Of a stretch of 64,000 bases of DNA, positions 13,059 to 25,945 are shown piece after piece (within the stretch, counting starts at the first letter, position 1; every line of letters begins with the position of its first letter). The notes beneath the pieces were generated by a model. The model did not search any database, was not told where the DNA came from, and worked only from the letters and a program-made list of their open reading frames with translations. Source of the stretch: Takakia lepidozioides (lineage: Eukaryota; Plantae; Bryophyta); NCBI GenBank assembly GCA_030704615.1, contig CM060734.1, positions 7,874,001 to 7,938,000 of the forward strand. Direction: 5' to 3'. The position numbers were made by a program, and so were the translations under genes.

Positions 13059-14400
13059 TGCAATGCTTGATCATTGAGAATGTTCGAATCTTCCCAGGGA
13101 ATGAAAGCACATCTCCCCAAGCTCTAGTAGTAGTTAGAACAGAATTCCCGCAGCCTTAGTTTCTTGAGCTTGTATAGGTACGTCTAAACTTGCTGATTCC
13201 TAACATGATTAGTTAGAAATATTTGCCATGACCATTTGCAAATTGGATTCTTACTCAACAAGCAAAACTTCAAATCACAATTGGAGTGAGCATCTATGTC
13301 GTGTACAGACACTGCCGACATGGTGACCTCACTGTTTATTTATTTACAGAACAGGGGACAGTGACCCTGGAAGTTTTATTAATAGGTAAGGAAAAAATAA
13401 CCTTACAAGGTAACCTCACTGTTCAGATAGACTTATTTTGCTTCCATGGTTTGTTACAATCTACACATTTTTCTCTGATTTTCTGGATGTGTATCAACTT
13501 GCAGCCACAGGGAGCGGTCAACGACCCCAGAAGCACAATACCAAGCCCTTGAGAATTCAGGCATCATCTGTTGCAACTTCTTCTTTCTGCGCTGATGGGA
13601 TATGTGAATCATATTAAGAGGAACCAAAGAAAAAAAAACTTGGACTAAAAGCCATGAATACAACAATTTCAAGCCCTGGTGGAAGCAATCATCTCCCCAC
13701 TCATCTGTAGGGTAGGTGGACTACAAAACAGGACCGGCGCGAGTGATAATGTCACCAGGATAACTAACATTACTAGGATAACTAACATTACTGTAACTAA
13801 TAAGCAGTGTACAACATTGTGCACAATCTAAACCCTGAGGAAAAATGCATAACCTCCCAAGACTTCTTAGAACCCTCATTAGTTGATGAGACTTAACTTA
13901 AACAAGTTCAATGGCTTACTGAATAAACAGAAGCCAAAGACAGAATTGTACAATAGACAATGGCCATGGTGAGAAATGTCATTACCATAACATAATCCAA
14001 ATGGGTTTCCATGAAATACTATGAATATTCCAGGATAGACCCTTATGCCGTAGCTTCATGGCTTACCTGATACATCACATGTAAAAGTTTAGGAAAATAA
14101 CCCAGTGGGAGACACTCGTGTCCAAAATTTACCCCACAAGTCTATGGCTTAGGGGGCAAATGCAAAATATTTGGTTCCCAGGCTTTACAGAGCAAGATGC
14201 TTTACAGACTACAATCATATAATGCCATTGTCTTATCATCAGATCAGGTAATAATGTCTCGGACGTCCTAATTTAGAATGAGGATGTCCCTACCAATGTG
14301 TCCGGTACAGTACCAAGGGACTTTCAAAACACCAACCTCCACACCAGGGTCTCTGGGTAGATGATCTAGTTAGTTAGCTGTAAGGGTACACGAACCAGTG

Positions 14401-15663
14401 TTACGCAAGATATGCACCAAAGGAAAGATTGCTAGCTAGGGGATCACAACCGGGAGGGGGGGCAGACCAGCCCTGATTAGCAGCCAAATCTTCCACAGCA
14501 ATCTTGGCCACATCCTTGCGCACCCCCATGTCGGTAGCATACCGGCTGAAGCAGTAAACACCCGTTGTAACAGCTGCAAATCCCCATGGACTAGTCATAA
14601 CAAATCGCAAAGGGGATGAAATCACAGCAGCAAAAGGTGCCCCCAGGATTGAGGCTGCTTGTCCACTCCTTCCAATCATATTGCGCTCGATCACCAGCAG
14701 CCCAGTCTTGCAGTAGATGGCAAAGTCTTCACAATTGTTGCGAAAAACGTGGTAGAATCCAAAGCCATTATTCAGCAAGTAACTTGCCCGGTGCATCACA
14801 AGTTCAGGGGAATCTGAATTGGCTAGTGTGCATGTGCCTCCACGTGCTTTGGCAAGAAATGTCACTGGATCAATTCCATACTCAAACCGATACAAAGGCC
14901 CTCCACAAAGAAAGCAATCGAGGCACGACTCTATCACACCATGGCTGTCTCCTTCCATCCCACACTTTTCACACTTTTCTGTGGTATATGTGGGTCTTGA
15001 GCTGACCAGAAAGACATCCAGCATGGTGCCTGTGCCCAGTTCTTCGTTGCGGCCTCTTGTGAAATGAATCACTTTCTCCTCGCCTGCGTATATGCCTGCA
15101 ACACGCTGCCACATTTCAGACTTTGGGCTACTCAGTTCAATTAGACAATCTCAACTACCACCGAAAGAACTTGGTCTAAACCTTCCTTTCAAAAAATTGC
15201 CCGACTCTTTTTTGACGTCTTTTATTTTTTCTGCAACCATCCATAAGCCTAACGACAGCCTATTCCACAGAGATGCATACCTATCTTCTACAATTCCCCA
15301 ACGTTTTTTACATTTGTATCAGTAAACGCTTACACCCCACAGGAGACGTAAAAATGGCGCAACTGTTTAACAAACCATGCTCTGCCCCAACACATACAAG
15401 AATTGGGAAAATTCCCAGGGTAACAATTGAATACACACAAGATCCCAGGAAGAAAAGCATCATGAACGAAGAAACCAACTAGTAAGAACAGATTTCAATG
15501 ACGGATACTACTGAGATCCTCCAAACCAGTGATCCAAATGACAAGAAAAATGGAGGAGAGATAACATACCATGGTGGGCATAAGTGTAGGCCGACCGCCA
15601 GGAATAAACATGATCACCAGGCCGCACATCCGTCCGCTTCACCCTGTTGGAGAGCACCCCCAT
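14401..15663 (-). CDS. LRAT/NC-domain protein (permuted NlpC/P60), 2 exons (15663-15570, 15095-14401), 262 aa
   Basis: '[25 protein letters not shown]|GIY..VIHF' and catalytic '[13 protein letters not shown]'. Phase-1 GT-AG intron keeps the frame. Confidence 0.95.
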
Positions 15664-16361
15664 AATTTCCCGCCCCAGCCCTGCGGAACTCTGCACCGCC
15701 ACTTTCCAAAAGCAAGTATCCAAAAGCCGAAATCCAAAGCAATAAAATTTGCTCCCTGAATCGAGAAGCACAATCTGTTTAGAGATTGCAAACCCAAGAA
15801 GTGGGACAACCTTACGAGCTTCCCAAGAGGAGAAGCTCACCGGAAGATAGCAGAGTAGAAAAGAAACCTTCAGGAGCCTTCAAAAGGCCCTCAGATGAAC
15901 ACAACCCAATTTACAGATAATCACGACCCGTCTAGGGGTTCCTCCCTGTCATACGAGAGGGGGAGGAGCCAAGAGCAAGGTGCAAAGCGGGAAGCGGCGA
16001 GGTCTTGTAGCGTCTCTTTTACGCAGACATTCGGGCTTTTGATCTGGACGGCTCAGATCTACGGTCTGGAGAATAATATATAGGAAGATTCTACAGTTGC
16101 ACAAGTAGTTTATGCGAAAGAGCCGATGCAGTGTTTGCAAGTAACTTGCTCACAGAGTCCACTTCGCTTTGTCGGTGTGGGATGATCCACAGTTTGGAGG
16201 AGGACGAACGAAGCAATGAATGGGGAGAGAGGATGATGTATCCTAGATGATGCTGACCCATAACCTGGCCTTTGATTGTAGTTTATGACAGGGGACCCAT
16301 TTGGCACTTTGATTCCGAACCCTGCCTACTGTGTCTTATAGGGAATTTAGAGAAGAGGACA
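15664..16361. promoter_or_regulatory. Short divergent intergenic region (candidate bidirectional promoter) between the LRAT gene and CIA1
   Basis: Two head-to-head start codons about 700 bp apart. No specific motif assigned. Confidence 0.5.
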
Positions 16362-19300
16362 ATGGACTCCGCGGAGACTGGGAGTTCTGCCAATGGCAAC
16401 GGTAAGTTAGGCGGTGTAGGGTTGTCGCTGCGGCTGGTGCAGGAGCTGGAGGGTCACAATGACAGGTACTTACACTGTTGTTTCACAGTGGAATTATCTT
16501 TGGATAGTCTCTTGCGGCGTGAATTCAAATGGGTCTTTCTCTCGTATTCTGTAACCTGGATTTTGAACGGGTGATCCGTAGTCTCTGGCTGTGTGCATTT
16601 AAATGGGTCGTTTCTCTGTTGGATCGAGGTCATAGTTGAGAACCTCAGCCCCGTAACTATGAAGCGCCCACAATGCGAATGAGGTTACCAGAGATGATGT
16701 TAGAATTGCGCCATTGGTGTTGGAACCAGTGTCCCAGTGTCTAGCTTTTCGCCTTTTATGCGGGTAGCCTTCTCGATTTCAAGGTGGTGGTTGCTTACCT
16801 GTGTTCTGGAATTGGTTGTTGTATACTAGTATGATACCTTTTACAAACTCTGTAACCATACATCGCCGCCTCTGCACACAGAGTCATGCTAGATTCACAC
16901 TAGTGTGTTGTAACTGCTCTTCCCAGAGCATGGAGCGTGGCATGGAGACCTGGGAGTGGCTCATCCGTGCTAGCATCGTGTAGTGGTGATAAAACTGTTC
17001 GAATTTGGGAGCATTTACCCGCATCGTCTCCAGCCTCTCCCACTTGGATTTGCAAGGTCTCTGTTGCCGACCATAGCACTCCCTATCACTCCCTCTCCCT
17101 TTCTCCCTCTCAAATTGGATGGGCTGTGAGTCAACATCTCCCTTTGGTTTACCTTTGTCGTCCTTTGTCCTCCTCCAGATCTACTGACTACATTTGCCTT
17201 GTTCAATATACATGACAATCCACCTGTGAAGGAAGCATTTTCAGCTATAAACTGGAAGTTATGTCAAGAGATTAAGGGAAGTTTTCTTTGTTAAGTCTAA
17301 CCTTAGGCTACGCAAGTGCAGGGAGTTTTGAGGGATTCTTGACATTGATTGTGACATCCGCCGTGCTCATGATGCATAGGCAGTCCTGGAGGATCGACAC
17401 ACACGCACAGTTAGACAGTGCGAATGGTCTCCAGATGGGAAGTTGCTTGCTACTGCAAGTTTTGACGCAACAACTGGAGTTTGGGAGAATTCTGGCGGTG
17501 AATTTGAGTGCATTGCATCTCTTGAGGTAAGGTCCTTGCGCTAACTTCACTGAGGTAAACCAAACAAGATTGTCGTAAGGCAGATCCATTTTAGATAAAC
17601 ATGCAGCCTTGTTGGCCAACATTATTCTCTTGAAAGGGGACGTGGGGTATCATGCGCGCAGCTGTAATCACCCCATAGACAGAATTTACCAGGTGGTATA
17701 GATCCACTTTGCCCTAGCACTCCAGATGGTGACATACATCGATGATTTTTGTACATTGGTCTGGTTAGTGATCTGGTTCTTAACTCTGCCGGATGGAGAA
17801 TTGCCAAATTACCTTGCTTTGTATGGACACCTTGCATTCATTCCTTGAGAGCACATGTTTCTTCCTGCGAGTTATCTAAAAATGAGCAGTCCCGGTTTGG
17901 CAGGGCCATGACAATGAGGTGAAGAGTGTTTCATGGAATTCAACGGGCACATTTCTTGCGACCTGTAGCCGTGACAAGTCTGTGTGGATATGGGAGGTAC
18001 AGCCTGGCAATGAGTTTGAGTGTGTTTCAGTGCTCAATGGCCACTCCCAAGATGTCAAGATGGTGGCCTGGCATCCCTCTTGTGATGTATTGGTATCTGT
18101 GAGCTATGACAATTCCATCAAGGTGGGTGTTAGCTGTTTGTAGTTGTAGAGTTCCGACCGGCACTCTATGTTGGTTTCTATGGAAGGGTTTGCACAGACA
18201 GATGTCTAAGGTTATTGGGGAAAGACACCCTTTGAGGCCATGAACATAAAAATAAAGCCATGCTGAGCTGAACCTGAAAACGAGGAGAAAGACAGATGTA
18301 GGTGGAGGGAGAGAGGGCTGAGTTGTAAAGTAGGAAGGCGTAATGGTGGGCAGAAAGGGTCAGAGGTTACAGTGGGAAGACATGGAGCAACTGCAGTAGT
18401 GATTGTGGTGGGTGTCTTGGCAAGTATGGGCAGGGTAGAAGACAGATGTAGGCGGAGGGAGAGAGAACTAAGTTGTAAAGTAGGAAGGAGTAATGGTGGA
18501 CAGAAAGGGTCAGAGATTACAGTGGGAAGGCAAGGAGCAACTGCAGTAGTGACCGTCGGGGGTGTCCTGGTAGATATGGGCGGAGGATGTTGATGGGGAT
18601 GACTGGCGCTGTGTTCAAACTTTAGCGATGCCAGCTCGGTAAAAGTTTTTCCTTAACTTATGTGAGAGAAATATACCTATTACAGGCTTGTCACCCCAAA
18701 TCCCATGAAGAATATAACAGCAGATAGTAAGCTTGTTGTGGTTTGATATTGCATGGACATTTTTCGATGTTTACGATTAAAATTTACTGAAAATAACAAC
18801 CTCAAAAGAATAACATGAGCAACTTAAAATATAAATCTCGGTGAATTAATTTAAATCTACACTGATAGGTTTGGTACTAGGTTCGTAATAAGGTATCCGA
18901 CCTGGATATTCCAAAAGTTCAGTATTATCCATCGATTGTACAGTTGGAGATCTATTTTGGATGGTTTGTGCTAATAATCAAAATAGGCCGGATGGGGAAG
19001 GAGGAAGGGTGGAAATGGGAGAGAGAGTGACAGAGGGAGACAAAGAGCGTAGCTTTTGTGGGAGACCAACTTCAAAGAGCAACTTCAAATGTTTTATCAC
19101 ATTACTTCTGCTAGTATGGATACATTGAGTGGGTTTCAGAAGTCATTGAAAACCTGTGGTTTATAATTTACAAAATGCACAAAATTTCCATTGCTCTAAG
19201 AAGCCTATATTGTGGGGTTTAAATTTGTCTGGATTGGCTGAATTTGCAGGGGTCATACATCAACGGTCTGGGCCGTTTCATTTGATGCCCTAGGTGATCG

Positions 19301-21611
19301 AATGGTGTCATGTAGGTGTGCTCCTACTGCCTTTTTTGCACATCTCTCTTATCTTGCTTTGGACTAGGAAAACAGCCTTTACATGCATCATAAACCCTTT
19401 TCCTTTCGTCCTTATGTTAATGAGCATAGCATATGTTGAACCATCCTCATGAGCTTTATTGTTATTTTGAGTGTTATTGGCTCTCTCGGTGTGTGCAGGG
19501 AACTCTAGATTCCACTCTCTTCTTTGGTAGTTTGATTGGCATTGCAACCACAGCCAGATTCGTCACACATGTTACAAGCTAGAGGTCTAAAACATCAACG
19601 TGTCCCCACTCTCTGTCTATCTCTTCTGGTTTTCTAACCTGTGGCCAGGGTCCATGCCACAAGGTTACAGCAGGCAATGTCATATGAATCAAATATTATA
19701 ATCACTCTCTAACTTTAACATGATGAGAATATCTGACAGTGACGACTTGACGTTAATGGTGTGGGATACAAGCACCGATCCATCGGATTCCAATGCTGAT
19801 GGATTTGCTCCTTGGTAGGTAGACTTGCTGTGGTGATACCCTGGTCTGTGTGTTTCTCATCTCTTGGTGAGGGGTGTTTGTGGGGCGCTTCCATTTCTTT
19901 CCGAGTTTCAGATATTATTGTCCGATGGGGGGTTCATTAAGTCCCTAGATGAGCCCATCTATTTTAGCGTTATTCTTTGTAGTGTTTTGCATATAACAGG
20001 TCCATTTATTTGAAGAGTCACGACTTTTCTCTGCCCAACTGTTATGTTCTGGTGCAACTTTTGCGAGAACTTCATGGGGGTTACAGCCAGTAGATTAACT
20101 CTTCTGGTTAGTGTGTTCGAGAGAGAATAAGTGAAGTATGTCAGTGTGTTTTCCCAAAGACTGTGCTGGGTGCTTATGGAGAGAGCTTTTTGCAGGAAGC
20201 ATCTCACTACCATATCAGGGTACCATGACCGGACAATCTTTTCTGTTCACTGGTCAAGGTAACCACCATAAACGTTCACCCATATTTCTGGTTCATGGAG
20301 GTTTTGTTTTGTGTGAAACTATCAGGCAAAGGGGGGCTTGTTGACGTCTGCCTCATGTGGACAATTGCATTTGAGTAATTGCATGTTACACTTGAAGAAG
20401 TTCCCACCCTGGAGGATTGTCCAACCATGGACTGACCTGCAGCTCATTGGCAACAATGCACTTGCTGAGGGCCATTGTAGGCCTCATATTCGCAGACGTT
20501 ATTTCTTCCTCCCTCTTGCAAACACGTTCTTAATAGAGAAAGGTCACTGTGATGAGAGGAGCTGCCATTCCCATGACCTGCAGTGGGTGTCGCCCCAAGT
20601 CAAGACATCCCACGGCAACAACAGCAAGGAATCATGTAGACAATCAATGCAGAAAAAGCATGCAGAAATCTGCCATTACAGCCACTTATAAGAATCGTGT
20701 GATCAATCTTTCAGGAGGGGCTCCAAACCTTACTGCATGCTGGAAAATGCATTAGAATTACCCACCCACATGAACCTTGCATTAGATAGGATTCTCACTG
20801 AAAAGATTGTGGGTTTCTAGGGTAAATGGCCTCATTGCCACTGGAGCAGGAGATGACTGCATTCGCATATTTTCTCAATCTAGGGAGCACACTGCCACTC
20901 TATCCGTAAGCCTATGCTGCTCTGTTAGCTGTGTATGTTGAGCTTGTCACTGAGAGTGTGGAATATATATCACCATATGGCTAGGCACCCTGACACAAAC
21001 AAATGCCCAAGATAACTATTCTCAATCAGCTTATGCAACCAAGTTTTTCCAAAGGTTGATCAAACTAGTGAAATTGTGAAGGAATACTCTTGATACATTT
21101 TGCAACCTGGACAGAATTTTCTAGATATATTAGTCCGGGTAGGTTTCAAAGATATTAACTTGTAGCTACGCAGGTGTATATCTCAAGAGGTTGTTCTCCC
21201 TCATGAACTTCTGAACCTTTTGCAGGGTGCAGGTCCATCATTTGACATGGTGCTAAAGAAGGAAAAGGCCCACAGTACTGATGTCAATTGTGTACGGTGG
21301 CACCCTCAAGTATGTCCTGTCTTTTTTATTAGTTCCTTTGGAACAGCTTTCTAACTTTTAGCAGTGTTGGCGGGATTAGCCAGTCTCATTTGATTGGCTG
21401 GTACGCACTAGCTTATAAAAAATTTCAACGTACCAACATACAGCTGTACTCCAACAGAGATGGAGGGATGGGCCTCTTGCTAATGCTATGACCCTTTTCT
21501 GTTTTCTTGCAGGACCCAAGAATACTGGCATCAGCAGGTGATGATGGCGTTGTAAAGATTTGGGAACTCGTAGGAGATCACTTGCTTGGAAATGGGGGTT
21601 TTGATTACTGA
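16362..21611 (+). CDS. CIA1: Cytosolic Fe-S assembly WD40 protein CIA1/CIAO1, 11 exons
   Basis: Exons 16362-16465, 16927-17056, 17380-17526, 17904-18122, 18574-18638, 19250-19315, 19740-19814, 20196-20258, 20821-20905, 21226-21309, 21513-21611, all GT-AG and in frame. Signatures '[13 protein letters not shown]', '[47 protein letters not shown]', '[13 protein letters not shown]', '[13 protein letters not shown]'. Confidence 0.95.
18287..18586. repeat. 150-bp tandem duplication in CIA1 intron 4, overlapping the exon 5 acceptor
   Basis: 'gacagatgtagg.ggagggagagag...ggtgtc.tgg' occurs at 18291 and 18441. Confidence 0.9.
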
Positions 21612-21789
21612 TAGCAATAAAATATAAAGAATCACCTTCTTTTGCATGTGTCCAGTACCTTCGTTCTGCACGAAGTGTAGACATACATGTTGCGATGTTT
21701 CAAATATTGGAACAATTGTAAATATTGGTCCCAATCAGCACAGCTTCAAGGTTCCTGAAAAATCTGATGTCTGATACAGTTCACAAAGA

Positions 21790-24660
21790 TCAAAGAAGAC
21801 TAAAGAGGGATAACTCCCGAATAATGGACATATGCGGGGCATATGTAACTGACTGAGTGGAATATAGAGGACCATTGTGTGAGAGAGCCCCATAGGGGGA
21901 AGTGTGGGTGTGCTGTGCGGTAAGTGTTGTATGGATAGCCTGCAATCAGGAAGTAAGGGTTAGAACGAGATGCAGTGTAGAGTGAGATCATATTGTATGT
22001 GCTAAGAGGGGTACGGGCATTGTGGCAAGATTGTAAAGAGGCGGGTAGACTGTTAGGGTGGTGGCTATCATGAATGTGGCAGCCCCAGAGGGAGCCGGGG
22101 CTGGGGGGGGGGGGGGGGGGGGGAGGGAGTAGACTTGGAAGAGGGGCTGCTCAAAAGGGGTCTAGCGGAGTCTAGGTAGACAGGATTAAGGTTAGCTGGC
22201 TTGTGGGTAGCTGGGTGGGTGTTGGGTTGGACAGATAGTTGCTGAAGGGAAGCTAGAAAGCATGGTAGGAAGAAGGGGACTTGAGGTTGGGGCAGCAGAT
22301 GGGCAGGGGGGGTGAGAAGAGACAGGCCGTGGCACTCACCTGTGTGGGGGGGGTGAATTGGGTAGAATGGGTGAGGGAGGTTACTGGCTGAGTACATAGA
22401 GTGAAGGAACCGGGGATTGAGCTGAGGCCACAGAGGATGCCAATGGCAGTGTTTTGGGGCAGTGGGGTAAGGTGGAATGGCAGAATGCTTTGGCAGCAGG
22501 AGAGGGTGAGATAGCTGGGGCATCTTTGGGCTCCTGGGTATGAATACGAGGCAGTACTGATTGGATGTGACAGGGTTGAGCAGGTGGTAATAGTGGGCAA
22601 GCCTAGGAGAGAGAATTGTTAGAGTAGGCAAGTGAATCAGGGGAAGAGAGAGACCCTTAAGCCAAAGGGCTCACCAAGTTGTAAAAAGAGGTGGTGCTGA
22701 CTATGAAGAACAGGAACATTTGTGGGACATATATAATGTGTGGAGTAGAGATTTGGTACGCATCCTGTAAAAGAGAGAGGGGAGTTAGAACATGGGGCAT
22801 ACAGTGAGGGCACTGTAAGGCCTATTATGGGAACATGCAAAGTGAGGCAACATGAAATTGGGAAGAGAGTAAAGGGCACATACTTGGAGAAAAAGCCAAC
22901 GGAATATAAATTGGGGAACCAAGTGTGGTGAGCAAGAGCAGGCCATAGATCACAGGCAGAGTCGTGGGGCCAGGTGACAAGGGGAAGGGAGGGATCAGGC
23001 ACATTGGCAGGAGAGGGAGAGGAAAGATAGGCTGGTATTGGTAGGTTGTTTTATGATGCTGGGTATTGTAAAGAGTAAGGGGGGGTGGCATGTCTGGGAG
23101 ATAATGAACTGTGGGGTACGAAAAGGCCAGGGGTAGAGGTTGATGCAGGTCAGAGTTCTGGTGCTGTGGGAAAGTGAGGAGGGGGGGGGGGGGGGGGGGT
23201 GGGGGCCTGATGGGAGCACCAGGCTGGTGAAGATGGATAACTCGGCAAAGGGCGAGAACTGGCAGGGTTGAGATGGGGGATGGTTGGTACTCAGAAGCTG
23301 GACAGGGGGAAGTGAACTGGGTATTGGGGCGAATTTAGGGAGAGGTGTAGTATAAAGGAGACGGGGGAGGTGCCAAAGTGACTGTGTAATCAAGCAGGGC
23401 GGGGCAGTGCAACTGTGGGAGGGAGAGAGTATAGGAAATGTGGCAATTGAGGGACTTATTTAATAGAATATTGTGGTCGTGGTGCAGTTTGCAGAGTCGG
23501 CGGGCACGAGCAGAGAGGCTGTATGTGTAACAAGGTGCCAATAGGGAAGCAACGTTGGTATCGAGAGCTTAGCAGGCTGAGAAGGTTCGGTGTGCAGCAG
23601 TAGGGTGTGAAATAGGTGGTGTGGGGATCTGCAGTGGGAGTGGGGTGGGTTATGGTAGGGCAGAAGGTCTTGGACGATGGCTGGGACCTATATAGGGGGG
23701 GTTTTTGAGCAAAGGATCTGAGGTGTTGGGCGGATAGGATCAAGCGCTTGAGTACTGAGTAGAGTCTTTTAAAGTGGTGATATGTGTGGGCACAGTAGGG
23801 CATGAATTGAAGAAAACGCAAAGTATGAAGTGTGGAAACGATTGTAATAAAGGAATGAGAGGTATAAATTATGAGTGAGGGATAAGTATGCTTCCTGATG
23901 GGGAGTAGACATTAAGTTGCTGGTTGCTGGAGCCGGCGGATTGGCTGGGATTTTGGGGACCAAATGATGAGGCTTGCCTTCATGCCACAAGATAGGCAGC
24001 TACCCTCCCCGTGGGCATACTGTAGTACATAAGATTCGCCAGGTCGGAGACGCCATTGCTTGAAAGTTGTGCACCGTACGGGAATGCTCGGTTTGTGCAC
24101 CGGATGGGGGGTGGGGAAGAATCCGTCCACCCAAAGTAGAGTGGAGCGTCGCTGTAGACATAACTGTAGAGTAACCATTCCATAGCTGATAGAGAGGAGG
24201 TGGGTGGTAGACCTTCCAACGCCAAAAAATGGAACTTGAAAACGCCAGAGTAAGAATCGAGAAAGTAAACATAACATGGAGCGTATACACCGTCAGGTGG
24301 CCTTCAAAGTTGTTGGTGTAGTGAGCTTTGAGTTGACGGGTGGAACAAACATCCTGAGGCTGGATGTGGCGGGCCCGGCGAGAGAGGAGGTACCAAGCGG
24401 TCGCAGAACATATTCGCCCATAGATCGCTAAAAATATTAGCAAGAGATAGCTTAAAAGACGCGTAGAGAAGAGGCGAGTCTTATGAACGATGTAGAGCGA
24501 AGCCGGGGTGTTGCGAGGCTACAGGGCAGAGCTAAGGGCCGTTGGACGAGCTATGGCGGGAGACGGTGCTAAACACCTAACTAGGGGTAAGTTAGTGGAT
24601 CCGCTGCAAAGAGAGGTAACGCCCTTGAGGAAAGTAGGAAAATGGCGAAACCCTATGGAT
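21790..24660 (-). mobile_element. Degraded non-LTR-retrotransposon-like sequence, related to 34650-35200
   Basis: Strong C/T-rich skew on the minus strand, like the LINE at 39900-43990. 'WRWKVYHPPPLYQ' (24185-24225) matches 'RRWKLYHPPPLYQ' at ~34845. Confidence 0.5.
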
Positions 24661-25159
24661 TTAGTCATGACTAAGATATTTAGCAGAGACTGACGGAAAT
24701 CCACAGACAAAGTACACGTGATCAAGCGTACTTCGAAAGTCTCCTTTCTGTCCAGTCTGTAACTGAGCACGAATTCTTGATGAATCTTCCAGTGTGGTGA
24801 ATTTGTGTTCGATGAAGGAGGAGAAGGAGATGGAACATACTGGACACAAGACAACGGTTTCACCCTCCTCACAAGGTGAATGCGGAGCTACGGTTATTTT
24901 GACGGGGCCTTCCGAAGGACTTTAAGATTATGATCGATCCTCCCCAGTTACTACCTATCCATCCACACAGGAGCCTGACAGCTACTCTCCTGAATCAGAC
25001 GATCATGACGCTTATTCACCAATATGATGTTTTAGGCACCTTCCTCCCGGGTCAGCTGCTTTAAGTTCTTTTCTAGCACAATACTGTGGAGGGTCTTTCG
25101 GAGATCCTGTAGCTGAAGTATCAGCAGAATCAAATGATTTCTGCGCTGGGTACCCAGAG

Positions 25160-25294
25160 TATACACCCGCATCCCCAGAGTATACTCCCGCATCACCAGA
25201 ATATTCTTTGGCATCCCCAGAATACACTCCCTCATCCCCAGAGTATACACCCGCATCTCCAGGGTATACTCCCGGATCCCCATAGTACTCTCCA
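25160..25294 (+). repeat. 21-bp tandem repeat encoding RNA Pol II CTD-like heptads
   Basis: Plus frame reads YTPASPE YTPASPE YSLASPE YTPSSPE YTPASPG YTPGSP* YSP. More YSP/YTP units lie in the same frame between ~24980 and 25580. Confidence 0.9.
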
Positions 25295-25705
25295 ATTGGA
25301 TACTTTAGCCACCTCAAACCCGGGTCGGCTGCACTGGCTTCATTTTTGGAACTATACACACCTACGTCATTTGTAAATTCCATCCATTCGGAATTAGCAG
25401 AAATGAAAGGATTATGCACGGGCTCACCTGAGTATACTCCCACAAGTTCAGAATCTCCCCGTGGTTCTACTGAAGACCCACCTTAATCACCCGGATACCT
25501 TTCAGGGTACCCTAAAAGTTTTCCAGATATTCACGGAGAGTGTACTGGATCTCCATGATATAGTCCTTCATCTCAAAGTTAGGCAAAAATACATAACAGT
25601 ACATTTTAACTCCAACGATGTCTCCATTTTTGGTTGTCACTGTTTCATAATAAAATATTATTGATTATCACTTAAACCAATTGGCTTCATCTGCATCTTT
25701 TGAGA

Positions 25706-25831
25706 TTTCCAGCTTAATTGTAACTTAGATTTATTCCATGCCATTTATTCCATGTTGCAGTCACATTTGAATGTTCCATATTTCAGCTTAATTGTAACTT
25801 AGATTTATTCCATTCCATTTATTCCATGTTG
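25706..25831. repeat. ~73-bp-period direct duplication
   Basis: 'cagcttaattgtaacttagatttattccat.ccatttattccatgttg' twice. Confidence 0.85.
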
Positions 25832-25945
25832 TCATGTTATCCGATACATTATGTTTTGTTTCAAATTTCCGTCATTCCTCTCAATCCTGAAATAATGTCA
25901 TGAGATATCTAATCCCACGAAAATAATGTTGTGTTTCATGTTCAG

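Noticed and set aside
25160-25294. Genuine NRPB1 (Pol II largest subunit) gene end
   Set aside because: Only six non-consensus heptads, with in-frame stops and no polymerase domains upstream.
25012-25443. Minus-strand 143-aa ORF with YSGDAGV repeats
   Set aside because: Antisense shadow of the CTD-like repeat. Synonymous variation and the orientation of neighbouring genes favour the + frame.
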